From contig CAUYUJ010000039.1 of assembly GCA_963575745.1 (NCBI GenBank), positions 62,001 to 119,263 of the forward strand: a stretch of DNA of 57,263 nt, read 5' to 3'. Below the pieces are notes generated by a model, which was not told the DNA's origin, did not search any database, and saw nothing but the letters and a program-made list of their open reading frames with translations. The position numbers were made by a program, and so were the translations under genes. This stretch comes from Prorocentrum cordatum (lineage: Eukaryota). Of the stretch, positions 22,245 through 34,496 are shown one piece after another (position 1 is the first letter of the stretch; each line of letters opens with the position of its first letter).

Positions 22245-23464
22245 ATGTCGCCGAAATCCTTCACTCATGTATCTGCCGACGAGCACGTCGCAATGCGCCG
22301 CTTGCATGACAGCGGCATGGGCGTCAAGAGGATCGCCGCGGCCTTGAGCCGCTCCACGGACACCGTCTCGAAGCATTTGTTCAAAAAGAACACGACCAAG
22401 AAGTCCAAGGGCCGCCCGAAGCATTCCATCCGCACCCCCAAAGGGTTTCTCGCTGCCCAGCGCGCTTACAAGAAGCTTCTGAAGTCCTCGGGCGGCACAA
22501 AGGAAGTGACGGCAGCCATGCTGAAGTCCGAGATGAAGTTGAAATGCGACATCGAGACAGTGCGCCGCGAGTTTGCTGAGAATGGCTACCAGTTCCGCCC
22601 GCTGTACGAGAAGCCTGACCTTTCTGATGGGGACAAGAAGGAGCGCCTGCAGTGGGCCCGCGAGCACAAGCACCGGAGCCCCAGCCAGTGGTCACAGTAC
22701 GTCCACGCGTGCATGGACAACAAGGTGTTCCAGGTGCTGCCCAATGCGAAGTACAGGAAGGTGGCGGCAAAGCGCAAGGTTCGCGGGGTGTACAGGAAGC
22801 GCAAGCGGGACTTCTCCGTGGGCCACGTCAAGCCGAGCAACCCTAAGGTTCTCGGGCTGGCGCAAATCGGAGACCGCGCCGCGGCCACTCAGCGCCAGGC
22901 CAGTGGCCGACGGCGCGCTCTGATTTGGCTCGCCCCCAGGTTCTGAAGCAGAGTTCGGGCAAGGGCTCCGTGACCATCGCGTGCGCCATCGGCGCGGGCA
23001 AGGTGTTGATGTGGCACCAGGTGGTCGGCAGGTGGAACGCCGCAGCCGCGGGGCGAATGTACTCGGGGGCGCTCCAGCCCGCTTTGAAGAGGGCCTACCC
23101 TTCCGTGCGCGGCAAGTTCCGCGTCATGGAAGACAACGACCCCACGGGCTACAAATCTCGCTCGGGCATGGCGGCGAAGAAGTCCGCTGGCATCCAGACG
23201 TTGGACTTGCCGAAGCGGTCCCCTGATCTGATGCCGCTTGATTTCGCCTTCTGGGCCAATCTGAACAAGCGCATGAGGGGGCAGGAGAAGGACTGGCCCG
23301 CGAGCAAGACGGAGACGCGGGCGCAGTACCTGGCCCGGCTGCGCCGCACGGCGTTGGCGACGCCTTCTGAGTACATCCACAGCATCATGGGCAGCCTGCA
23401 CAAGCGCTGCGGCTTGTTGGTCGAGGCGAAGGGCGGCCACTTCGCCGAGGGCGGTGGGAACTGA
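22245..23464 (+). CDS. IS630/Tc1/mariner transposase, DD35D, copy 2; exons 22245-22847 and 22940-23464
   Basis: Same motifs and intron as copy 1. Differences seen are K>E, A>E, R>G and R>H; the catalytic residues are intact. Confidence 0.9.
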
Positions 23465-23787
23465 GCGCGCGCGCGGTTTCGTCGGGCGGCCGCGGCGCGA
23501 TTCGCGGCGGGCCAGGGCGGCGGGCGACCGCGGCGCAGACCGCAGCGGGCCGGGGCGGCGGGCGGCCCGTAGCGGCCCGCGCCTCGGTTGACCCGCGCGA
23601 GCGACGTGGGGCGCGGGAAGGGAGCCAGTCGCGGTCCACGATCAAGACCAATCCGTGCGTCCACCGCCCTTGCGGCTACAGGGCCAGCAGACGTAGTCGA
23701 AAGTACCTGATCTTGGCATTATGATTCTGTCCGCCGAGGCCCCCCAGGCGCCAGCGCCCTGGCGGCCCCAGAGAGCCCCTCGCACGA

Positions 23788-24025
23788 GACATGCAGCAAA
23801 AAACATAGTGAACCAACAGTGAACCAACAGTGAACCAACAGTGAACCAACAGTGAACCTTCGTAAAAACCATAGTGAACCTCGAATTCTATTAAAAAAAA
23901 GAGTAGGGAACTTCTTTTTTAATATAAATTGAGGTTCACTATGTAATTTGCAATGGTTCACTGTTGGTTCACTGTTGGTTCACTGATGGTTCACTGTAGG
24001 TTCAGTATGGTTTTTATGCATGTTT
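23788..24025. promoter_or_regulatory. Iteron palindrome, copy 2 (one extra left-arm iteron)
   Basis: (AGTGAACCAAC)x4 + AGTGAACC on the left arm, otherwise as 16527-16752. Confidence 0.6.
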
Positions 24026-24356
24026 GCACATGTCCAACAATGCCGCGCGAGCGGCATCCATGGACAGGATCCGCCGACCCCGCCCAGAGGTGCAGGGGGC
24101 GCGCCAGGCGCGCCAAGTGCGCCGCGTGCGACAGGTGCGCGGCACGCGACAGGTGGGCCACACGCGCCAGGTGAACGGGGCGCGCCCAAGTGCGACAGGT
24201 GCGCAGACGACGCCAGGTGCAACGAGCTCCCCAACTGAGCAGCCAGGCGGCGGTTTACGATGCCCCCGAAGACCCCGACGGTCCGCATTGCGTTTTTCTC
24301 TGTAGCCTGTCGGCTCAGCGGGGCGGGGGCTGGCCCTGGCCGGGTCGCGCGGGGGG

Positions 24357-25892
24357 ATGGCGCTCTCGGTGGACAGGCCAGAGAAGCGCCGCAGGCTCGT
24401 GGGGAAGCAGAGCCAGCAGACGGCGCTCCTCGAGCACGTCGTCGGCGAGGAGAACAGGAACGCCTCGCGGGAGGTCTACTTGGTGACTCTGCCGCACACG
24501 GACAAGGAGGGTCTCAGAGCGCCAGCGGCTTTCTCGCGGGAGGAGGTCCGCGACGCTTTCCTGGATTGCTGCGGCGCTCCGGACGCCGACCCCGCGTGGC
24601 TCGCAAGCCACCGCGGGCAGGGGGCCGCGCCCGTCGGGGTCAAGAAGCTGGTGGTATTCAAAGAATACCACGCGCCAGTGGCAGGCGTCCGGCGGGCGCA
24701 CTACCACGTGGCCTTGCACCTGGGCAAGAAGAGCAAGTTCCTGACCGTGAAGCGGGCCTTGCTCAACAGGTACCAACTCGCCTCTCACTGGTCCTGCAGC
24801 CACGACGGGTGCTGGTCGGCCGTCGGGTACTGCGCGAACGCGACGCCCAAGAAGCCGCGGAGCGCCCTGGACGTTGACTACTTGGCTTGGCCCGCGGACC
24901 ACCCGCCGCTGTCCGCGGCGAAGAGGGAGCCGACGACCGCCCGCGCCTTGGAGAAGCGCAGGACCGCGCGGGAGCAGGTCGAGGGCGAGAAGGGGAAGCC
25001 AGAGCCTCGCGTCGAGGAAGTGGACCTGTGGCCGATAGTGGTCAGGTCTGGGATCCGGAATACTCCGGACGACCCCCACGCAGTGCGCAAGTTGATGGCG
25101 TACGCTAAGACGTCCTGCTCGCACAAGGTGGTTGCCTGGATGTTCAAGAACGAGCACGTGCTGGAGAAGATCATCGACAAGGCCTGGGCGTGGGAGAACG
25201 TGGACAGCTTCCTCGAAGACGCGACGAAACCCGTCATGCAACAGTTCAAGGAGGCCTTGCGGACGCCTTGCGTTTGCGGCGGCCGCTGGTTGCACCACGT
25301 CCGCGAAAGCCTGTCGATGAATCGCATCGACGTCCCCGACCTGTGCAGCAGCATCTTGATGTCCCTGAAGCACGGTCGGTCCGAGGCGGCCCCGGTGGTC
25401 ACCTTGGCTGGGCGCTTCGGCGGAGAGGGGAAGTCTCTTCTCTTCTCGGCGGTTCGGCCGCTGTTCGGTGGTGAGCACGTGCAGGAGAGGCCAGGCGGGG
25501 GGCAGTTTTGCTTCCACGGCTTGGACAAGGCCAAGGCCGCGGTGCTGGACGAGTGGATGTTCATCGATGAGGACCTCCCCCTGTCCATCCAGCTCCTGTG
25601 GCTGGAGGGCAAGCCCGTGCCCATCACCATGCCCCAGAACCAGCACGTCGGGCACAAGGTGTACATGGGGTCCGCCCCGATTTTTGTCACCTGCCCCGAG
25701 ACGGCGCTGGCGGGCCTCTCGTCCGAGTCGTCGCAGCGCCCGCAGGGGCAGGCTGGCATGCTGCTCCGGCGGCTGAAACTGTATTTATTCACTGTGCCGA
25801 TTCCCAAGCCGCCGGCCCCGAAGCTAGTGCCGTGCCCGCGCTGTTTCTCGACCCTCGTCACAAGCGAGGCTCTTAAGTTCAAGCCCAAGTAG
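24357..25892 (+). CDS. rep: Rolling-circle replication initiator (Rep): HUH endonuclease + SF3 helicase, 511 aa
   Basis: Motif I VYLVTLP; motif II FKEYH...AHYHVAL; candidate motif III AVGYC; Walker A GRFGGEGKS; Walker B AVLDE; B' LLWLEGKPV; motif C PIFVTC; Arg finger LLRRL. Confidence 0.85.
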   Translation: MALSVDRPEKRRRLVGKQSQQTALLEHVVGEENRNASREVYLVTLPHTDKEGLRAPAAFSREEVRDAFLDCCGAPDADPAWLASHRGQGAAPVGVKKLVVFKEYHAPVAGVRRAHYHVALHLGKKSKFLTVKRALLNRYQLASHWSCSHDGCWSAVGYCANATPKKPRSALDVDYLAWPADHPPLSAAKREPTTARALEKRRTAREQVEGEKGKPEPRVEEVDLWPIVVRSGIRNTPDDPHAVRKLMAYAKTSCSHKVVAWMFKNEHVLEKIIDKAWAWENVDSFLEDATKPVMQQFKEALRTPCVCGGRWLHHVRESLSMNRIDVPDLCSSILMSLKHGRSEAAPVVTLAGRFGGEGKSLLFSAVRPLFGGEHVQERPGGGQFCFHGLDKAKAAVLDEWMFIDEDLPLSIQLLWLEGKPVPITMPQNQHVGHKVYMGSAPIFVTCPETALAGLSSESSQRPQGQAGMLLRRLKLYLFTVPIPKPPAPKLVPCPRCFSTLVTSEALKFKPK

Positions 25893-26289
25893 TCCTGCCG
25901 CGTGCGATTGGGGTCGCTGCGCGCAGACATCATCACCATCATCGCCATCATCACTGTCGCCATTATCGTCGTTGCCACACCTCGTTGCCCCATCGGGAAC
26001 TCCACGGAAGGCCCCGATGGCTGACTCCGCATGCCGCGCCCCGACAATTTCGGCAGACCCCTAGAGCGTTGCGCGACCGCCACGGGCACGTCGTGCTTCT
26101 GGCCCGGCACGACTCCGACCGTCACCGTCGACGATGCCAGTGCTGTCGCCTCTGGGCCCGTCCGTCAGTCCGCGTGGAGCCTCTTTGGGGGTCGTCTTGG
26201 AGCCCCCGTGGATCTTCGTAAGGCCCCCTGGAGGCCCTCTCGGGCGAGGTCTACGACAGAGGCCCCCCGCTGCATTCCGTTAAATTCCA

Positions 26290-27552
26290 TTCACTCCCAA
26301 CTCCTCCGCAGGCCCCCCACTCCTTCCCAGTCCTCGCCACTCCCCTGCAGTCGTCCGCACCCCACCGCACTCCGCCAACAACAAATTCCGAAACCTCTCA
26401 TTCCTCCACGCCCCTCCGCACTATTCCCAACTGCTCCACGCCCTTCCGCACTCCACCCGAAACCTCCGCAACCGCCCCACTCCCCCCCACCCCTCCGCAC
26501 TCCTCCCGAACCTTCCGCAACCGACCCATTCCCCCAGACCCCTCCGCAATCTTCCCAGAAACTCCGCAATCCTGCCATTCTTCTCACCCCTCCGCACTCT
26601 TCCCGAACATCCGCAACTCTCCCATTCCTCCACACCCCGCCGCATTCTTCCCAAAACCTCCGCAAGTCTCCCATTCCCCCACATTCCTCCGCACTCCTCC
26701 CGAAACCTCCGGAGCCCTTCGAATTCGTTCCGCCCCTCCGCACTCCTCCCGGACATCCGCGATCCTTCCCATTCCCCCCCACCCTGCGCACTCCTCCCAA
26801 ACCTTCCGCAACCGTCCCAGTCCTCCACACCCCTCCGAACTCTTCCCGAAACCTCCGCAACCCTTTTATCATTCCACATCCCTCTGCACTCCTCCCAGAC
26901 ACCCGCACCTCCCCCATTCCTCCAGGCCCCTCCGCACTCCTCCCGAAACCTCCACAACCGTCCCATTCCTCCACATCCGTCCGCACTCCCCCCGAAACCT
27001 CCGGAGCCCTTCCATGTCTCCCCACTCCCCCGCACTCCTCCCGGGACATCCGCACATATCCGCACCTCCCCCATTCCTCCACACCCCTCCGCACTCCTCC
27101 CGAAACTTCCGCAACCCTCCCTGCCTCCACATCCCCTCGCACTCCTCCCAAACCTTGTGAAACCGTCCCATTCCTCCCCACTCCTCCGCACACCTCCCGA
27201 AAGAGACCTCCGCAACCCTCCCATTCCTCCACGCCCTTCCGCACTCCTCCCGACACCTTCGCAACCCTTTCATCCTTCCACATCCCTCCGCACTCCTCCC
27301 AAACCTTCTGCAACCGCCCCATTCCTCCCCACCCCTTCCGCACTCCTCCCGAAAGAGATTTCCTCCACCATCCCATTCCTCCATACCCATCCGCACTCCC
27401 CCCGAAACCTCCGCAACCCTCCCAGTCCTCCCCACGCCTCCGCACTCCTTCCTCACCTCCCACAACCGTCCCATTTCCCCTCAACCCTCCGCACTCCTCC
27501 CAATCCTGTGGGGTTCTCCCATTCCTCCAGACCCTTCCGCACTCCTCCTGAA
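26290..27552. repeat. ~49-bp C-rich minisatellite (unit 2)
   Basis: Direct reading. Confidence 0.9.
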
Positions 27553-27738
27553 ACGTCTCACCCCTTGCCCCAGCGTCTTACGCCCAGGAGCGGAACCTCC
27601 ATCTTCCTCCTATTCCTTCTCCTCGTTCTCCTCCCCCCTCCTCCCTCCTGTTCCTCATTCCTCCTTGAGGGTTGTGGGTGAAGATGATGCTGCTGCTGAT
27701 GATGCTGATACTGATGATGGTGATGATGGTGATGATGG

Positions 27739-27779
<41 letters not shown>

Positions 27780-27895
27780 GTGGAGATGATGCCGCCGATG
27801 AGGGCGATTCTGATTGTAATGCTGACGTTTGTGGCATCTGTACAGTCTCCTCCTCTCCCTCCTCCCTACTCCCACCTGCAAAACAAGATGGGGGA

Positions 27896-28116
27896 CCGTA
27901 CATGGACATTATATTCGAACCCTGTGGCCCAAGATGCCCCCCCGAACCCCCGAATTTAATATTGATGGCGTGGCGACGGGGGGGGCGTGAGTGGACAGAA
28001 ATATTCGAACCCCAAAGCACCGCCTTTGCTGAGATCAACATTGATGTCGGGGGCGCGGGGGTGATTCAGAATCTCCCTCGAATGTGTGAGGGTTCGAATA
28101 TATTGTCCATCTACTG
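27896..28116 (+). mobile_element. 221-bp TIR element (MITE), right boundary copy
   Basis: Apparently identical to 13212-13432 and in the same orientation. Confidence 0.85.
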
Positions 28117-28847
28117 GGGCGATCTTGGGGGCCTCTGGGCCCGTCTTGGAGCGTCGGGAAGCCGAAAAGGCGGGAAGACCAGAATCTGTCCAAAACCATA
28201 CTGAAACTAATTGATTTTGGCCTCGAAGGGTCCTCTTCTGAGGGCTCTTGGAGGCTTCTTGGAGCGTCTCGGCGGCCTCTTGGGATGTCTGGAGGTCATC
28301 TTCGGCGTCTTGGAGCGCTCTTTGAGCGTCTGGGCTTCTGGGGCCGTCTTGGGGGGTCTTGGAGCCCTCTTGGCCCGTCTTGGGGCCCTGGTGGGCTCGG
28401 AAAAGCCCCCCACCCCCCGGAATGCGGACCACAACTCGTCCCCCCCCATCCCCCCCTTCCCCCCCTTCCCCGGCAGAGCCCCCCCGGCCCCCCCCCCAAG
28501 CAGAGCTGAAGCTCAGGCTCTAGGCTGTAGGCTGTAGCTGAGACTTCTTCCAAACTCGCACGCCGGATCGGCGGATTTCCTCAAATTTCATGGCGCCTCG
28601 TGGCTGCCCCCGAAGTTTGCTTATGAGTGCGTAAGGGAACCGACTGTATGAATACAGCAGAGAGACGGCGTAGGCGTCCCAGCGGCCAAGGCCAGGTGCC
28701 TGAAGCGTCTACGAGTGGACCCAGCTCCCAGGCGGCCCCGGAGAGCCCCAAGACTGCCCTGGAGCCCGAAACAAAAAGACAACCTTGGAGCCCGCCCAGA
28801 CGGCCCCCCAGATGGCCTCCAGACCGCCTGAGCAAGCTCAAGATCTA

Positions 28848-28999
28848 CCAGCCTGGAACATATCCCTATCCCTATGCTGGGCACCTCCTCATCACGATGC
28901 CAATCTTGGGGATTCCCTTATTTTCTGAGGGCGAATCCCTAAGATTGTCATCGCCGTTGGGCGTGTCAATCTTAGGGATAGGGATGCGTTCGAGGCTGG
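28848..28999 (+). mobile_element. 152-bp MITE (family B), TA-flanked
   Basis: TA|CCAGCCTGGAACATATCCCTATCCCTA ... TAGGGATAGGGATGCGTTCGAGGCTGG|TA. An inverted copy lies at 55348-55499. Confidence 0.85.
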
Positions 29000-30741
29000 T
29001 AAAAGGTGGTCCCAAGACGGCAGCAAGAGGCCCCCAAGAGGCTCCCAAGAGCACGAGAGGCTCGCAAGAGGCCCCATAGGAAGCTAACATCTTGGGAACA
29101 CCTTTGGAAAAACCATGGCTTTCAGGATCTCGCTTCGTGGCTCCCGAGGAGCCCTTGAGGCCTCAAGATGGTCCAGCAACTGCCGTCGAGGAGCCTCAGA
29201 ATCGCCCAAGACGGTCGCCTGGAGCCCCCATCCCCTTCACGACGGCTCCGAGACGTCCCTCGAGACCGCCAAGTCGACTCCAGATGGCTTCACAAAGACC
29301 CAGACTGCTTAAGATGGTACCCATACGGCCAACGAAGAGCTTTCAAGAGGCTCCCAAGCAGCTCTAAAAGGCTTTCAGGGGACGGAGAGATCCTTCAAGC
29401 ACAAAGGAATCATTCGGTTCTCCCCGAAAAGCAAATAGTCCGCGAGGAGCCCCACGGCAGTCCAAGGCAAGGCGGTCGACTGGGCCCCCCAAGACCCTTC
29501 AAGACTGTTCGGAGACGGCCCTCGAGACCGCCGAGACGGTTCTCGGTGGCCTCCACACAGACCCAAGATGGCCTCCAGATTGGTCCCTAAGAGGCTCCTA
29601 ATCAGCTCCAAAGTGCCTTCAGGAGACACAGGCCTTCCGAAAGCGAAGGGAACTATTAGGTTCCCCCGGACCTCCCCTTTTCGCTTCCGAGGGGCCTCTC
29701 GGGCCTCAGGATGGTCCATCGATGGCCCACGAGCAGCCCCAAAGCACCCCAAGACGGTGGACTGGGGCCCCCGAGACCCTTCGGGATGTCTCCGAGACGG
29801 TCCCAGTTCGCCTCCAGATGGCCCCAGACAGTTCAAGATGGACCCAAGACGGCCCCTGGCGGCTTCCACGAGGCTTTCAAGAGGCCCCCAGGAGGCCAAA
29901 GGCCAACATCATTCCGAACCCGAAGAGGAACCATCAGTTTTCAAGGCCTCGCCTCATCGCTCACGAGAGGCCTCTGAGGCCTCAGGATGATCCAGCAGTG
30001 GCCCTGGAGGAGCCACGGAGAGGCCCACGCGACAGCCGGCTGGCCCTCCCCCCCCCTGGCCTGCGCTAGCACCATGGCGTGCGCCTCGCGGTAGAGGGCG
30101 AGGACAAGGAGGAGGAGGAGGAGGAGGAGGAGGAGGAGGAGGAGGGCGAGGGCGAGGGCAAGGAGAACGAGGGGAAGGAGGAGGAGGAGGAGGAGGAGGA
30201 GGAGGAGGAGGAAGAGGACGAGGACGAGGACGAGGGCGAGGACGAGGACGAGGGCAAGAAGGACGAGGGCGAGGACAAGGAGGAGGAAGAGGACGAGGGC
30301 GAGGGCAAGAAGGGCGAGGGGAAGGAGGCCGGAGGCGAGGAGCCAGCACAGCCTCGGGGCCAGCCTGGAGCCTCCTGGACGCTTGTTGGTTTAGCCGTCC
30401 TGAAGGGCCTTTGTGGGCCGCCTCGGCGCCGCGGTGGAGGCCTGCCTGGGCGCCTCTTGGGCTGTGGGCGACGATCAACGGAGAGGGGCCATGTTGCCGA
30501 AGAATTTCCAGAGGTCCGAATGTGGTGAAGAAGCAAAGCAAGACCGGTTTTCAGTATTTCCAGATCAGTTCAGTTCAGTAGCCTTGCGTCCGGACGGCGC
30601 GCGAGCAGGGTGAGACCGTGAGCAGCCAAAAGAAAAACTGCTCATGAGCGGGGCGTGCTGTATTGGCATCGGCCGCGCGTGCTAAACACGCGGAGGGAGG
30701 AGGAGGAGGAGAAGGAGGAAAAGGAGAGATGAGAGCCACAG

Positions 30742-31830
30742 CTACGCACTCAAATGCCATGCATTAACTTGCTGTTTCCACGTGCGCGCTGCTCCGCCAT
30801 CCGGGCGGAAGAAAGCAGCAACGCGCTCGCGTGAGCCCGCAGCAGACACACAATTCTTCATGACCATGTGGCTCCAAGTTTGTCTCGGCCTGCCCCGCTG
30901 CCGCGGCCCGTCCGGTCGCTTCAATTCGATGCCACCAGGGCAGAATATTGAGCAGCGCACTGGGTCAGAGTCTGCCCGCCTGGCAAGATGTCCCATGAAT
31001 TCCATCTGTCGCCTGCAGATGTCTTCGCTCAGCGGCCCCTGTCCGGCCATACTCAAAACGGTTGCGTTAGACACTCTGCTCAGAAATGACGGCGATACTC
31101 GCAAGATTTTTCTGAGGCAACGGGCTTAGAAGGCGTCCAACCTCCTCCTTTCCAATTTGTTCATACACGCGGCGAACAAACAATATTGCAGCTTAGACAC
31201 AATGCACGCATTGAATATTGCTATCTTCCGCCTGCGACTCAGTGATGAATGTGTCCATACCGCATGCAGCGCCTTGAACTCACTGGAAGCAGCCCCTATC
31301 CGCCGGCTGAGCTCCGCTGCGATCCGGCCGTGAGTTGTCAGGCATGTTCCAAGATATATCAACGATTCCTTGCACGTTATTGCCATCCCAGAAGAGTTCT
31401 TGACCACGGCATTAGACCTCACCCGGAGCATTTCCACGTTCTGCCAATTGAGCTTGAGGCCATAATGCTCCCCACACTTCTCGACGCACTGCATAAGAGT
31501 CTCGACGGTCCCGGGGTTGCTGCCGACGAGAGGGGTATCGTCCGCGTAGACAAGCTCGCTGATGACGTGCTCCCGGACGGCCTCCCCGATCTGGTTCTGC
31601 AGGCACTTGCGCGCGTCGCTTAGCAGCGTGGTCATGATTATCGTGAAAAGGAATGGCGATAGCGGGCACCCCTGGCAGATGCCATAAGTCTGGGTGTGCT
31701 CCGCGGATTCGACTGCGAAGTCCGTCACCACGAATTTGCGGTCCTTGTAGATCGAGGAGACCATATCTACAAATTTACTTGGGCACCCAAACCGCTTCAG
31801 GGACACAGACAGAGCTTCAGGCTTCACTAT
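30742..31830 (-). pseudogene. 5'-truncated non-LTR retrotransposon (LINE, RTE-like) reverse transcriptase
   Basis: GICQGCPLSPFLF, LVYADDT, YGLKLN, YLG, ELSRRIGAA and C-terminal RGRPRQTW. An in-frame stop at 31126-31128 splits the two listed ORFs. Confidence 0.9.
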
Positions 31831-33149
31831 TTCCAGAACACGTTTCAAACATTCTGAACCCATGTTTAATTCGATGATCGGATTGTTGGGGTGTCCACTT
31901 TCATGGCATCCACAGCTCTTGGGCCGCCTGGAGGCCACCTTCGAAGCAGATCGACCCCGTCTGGGGCCTTCTGTTGGCCCGTCTGGAGGCCCTGTTCACT
32001 GGATTTGACCGTCTGGTGCCCCTCCCCCCCCCCCCCCCCGGAAGCCGTCTTGGGCTGTGGCCCCTCTCGGGGCCTTCTGGGGGCCCTTCGCACCGTGCTG
32101 GGACGATCTCGGGAGAGCTTCGGTCCGTCTGGACGCCTCGCCGACCGATGAAGCAAGACAGGCAGGGCCCTCCTATACGAGCATCAAGGAACGTCCTCAG
32201 CTTCTTGCGTGCTCGATGTGCAAGAGGCCTCCCAGCTCGTCCCCACCTGGCCCAAGAGGCCCCAAGAGGCTCCCGAGACGGCCCAGAAGTGCGCGAAAGC
32301 GTCCAACGAGAAGCCCAAGATGGCCGAAGAGGCCGCCAGGACAGCCCCAAGAGAGGACCCAGAGGGAACCCCGAAGCGAGGCCACGCACCGCCCCCTAAG
32401 AAGCCCGAAGAGGCTCCCAAGAAGCCCCTAGGAATCCCCAAGAGGTCCCCAACAGACCACCTCGTCAACCACGAGAGCCTTTCAGCAGCCTCCCTTCAAC
32501 AGCCTCCCTTCGGCCCACTCATCCCCACAGCACCCAAAAAACAGTCGACTGGGGCCCTCCCAAGCCCTTCGGGATGTCTCGAGACGGCGGAAGATGGCTT
32601 CGAGACGGCCCTCGAAACCGCCAAGACGGTCCCAGTTAGCCTCCAGACGGCCCCAGACAGCTCAAGCTGGCCCCAAGACGGCCCCTGGAGGCTTCCAAGA
32701 GGCCATCAGGAGGCCAACATCATTCAAAACACAAAGGGGAACCATAGGTTTTTCAAGGCCTGCCAGTTTCGTTCCCGAGAGTCCTCTCAGGCCTCAGGAT
32801 GCTCCAACAGCGGCCCTAGAGGAGCCACAGAGAGGCCCACACGACGGTGGACGGGGGCCCCCCAGATCCTTCAAGAGTCAAGAGGGCTCCGAGCCGGCCG
32901 AAGATGGCTTCGAGACGGCCCTCGAGCCCGCCATGATGGCTCCACATGGTCTCCAGGTGGCTTCAGGACTGCCCCGCCACGCTCCCAAGAGGCTCCCAAT
33001 AGGCTTCCACGAGGCCCACAGGAGGCCAAAATCCTTCACCCTTCGGAGCGCCCACCCCCACGCAGCTGCCCTGATGTTCCGGAGGCCTCTCGGGGAACAG
33101 GCCGACGGCACTGCGACCAAGATGCTGAGTACGTATAGCATGGCGATGT

Positions 33150-33196
33150 CATTATGATGATGATGGTGATGATGATGCTGATGGTGATGGTGATGC

Positions 33197-33243
<47 letters not shown>

Positions 33244-33574
33244 GGGAGGTTGATGATGATGATGATGATGATGGTGATGGTGATGGTGATGGTGATGGTG
33301 ATGGTGATGATGAGGATGATGATGACGATGATGATGAGGATGAGGATGAGGATGATGAGGATGAGAAAAGGGATGATGATGGTGAGGATGAGGATTAGGA
33401 TGACGATGACTGTGATGATGATGGTGATGCTGACGATGGTGATGATGATGGTAATCATCATCAAAATCATCATCCTGATCATGATCATGATCATAAGTTC
33501 GATGATGATATTGTTGATGATGATGGTGGTGATGATGATGCTGATGATGATGACGATGATGATGGTGATGATGC

Positions 33575-33616
<42 letters not shown>

Positions 33617-34061
33617 CGATGACGCATGACATCATGACAATGATGATGACGACGATGACGCTGTCGATGCTGCTGATTCTGATGGTCATTACGGCACTCC
33701 TTGAAACGCCCCGAAGCGGGGCACCAAGAGACCTCAAGCGATTTGCACAGGCGCACAGGGAGCCGCCCGAAGGCCCGGTCCAACCCCCCCCCCACACACA
33801 TCGACAGTGCTCCCCGAGGCGCGGATCCGACCTGTGTCTGGATTCCTTCGCCCCCGACGGGACATCCAAGGCCCTCACACGCAACAGGCCTGATGTTCCC
33901 AGGGGCCTCTCTGGACATATCTGGTCGGCGGCCTGACGAGGATGCCAGGTGTGATGTTCATGACGACGACCCTCATGCTCATGACTTCAATGATACGGAG
34001 GATGAAGAACGATGCAGATACAGACGATGATTGTGATCATGATCATGATCATGACGATGAC

Positions 34062-34120
<59 letters not shown>

Positions 34121-34169
34121 CGATGATGATGATGATGATGATGACTACGATGATGACGGTGATTTTGAC

Positions 34170-34206
<37 letters not shown>

Positions 34207-34430
34207 TTGCTGCCTGTGGTGATGATGCTGATGATGATGGAGATGATGGAAATTATGATGAGGACGATGCTGCTGATGAGTATGAGGATGCTGATGATGA
34301 TGATGATGCTGACGATGGTGATGCAGATGATGATGGTGGTGGAGATGATAGGGATGGGGATGGGGATGGGGATGGGGATGATGGTAAGGTTGATGATGCT
34401 GATGATTATCAATTGGATGATGATACTGTC
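33150..34430. repeat. (GAT)n-derived microsatellite blocks
   Basis: Direct reading, interrupted at ~33690-33950. Confidence 0.95.
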
Positions 34431-34496
34431 CCCGCCGCAATCAGTTGAAGATCCCGTTCAGACGGCCCCAAAAGGCTTCCGAGAGGCTCCCAAGAG

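Larger units (their letters stand above)
20707..27895 (+). mobile_element. Tandem unit 2 (7189 bp)
   Basis: Direct repeat of 13433-20706 with scattered substitutions and satellite copy-number differences. Confidence 0.85.

Noticed and set aside
13433..27895. Tandem duplication as an assembly artefact
   Set aside because: The copies differ by many substitutions and by iteron and satellite copy number, so a pure artefact is unlikely. Haplotype concatenation still needs a read check.
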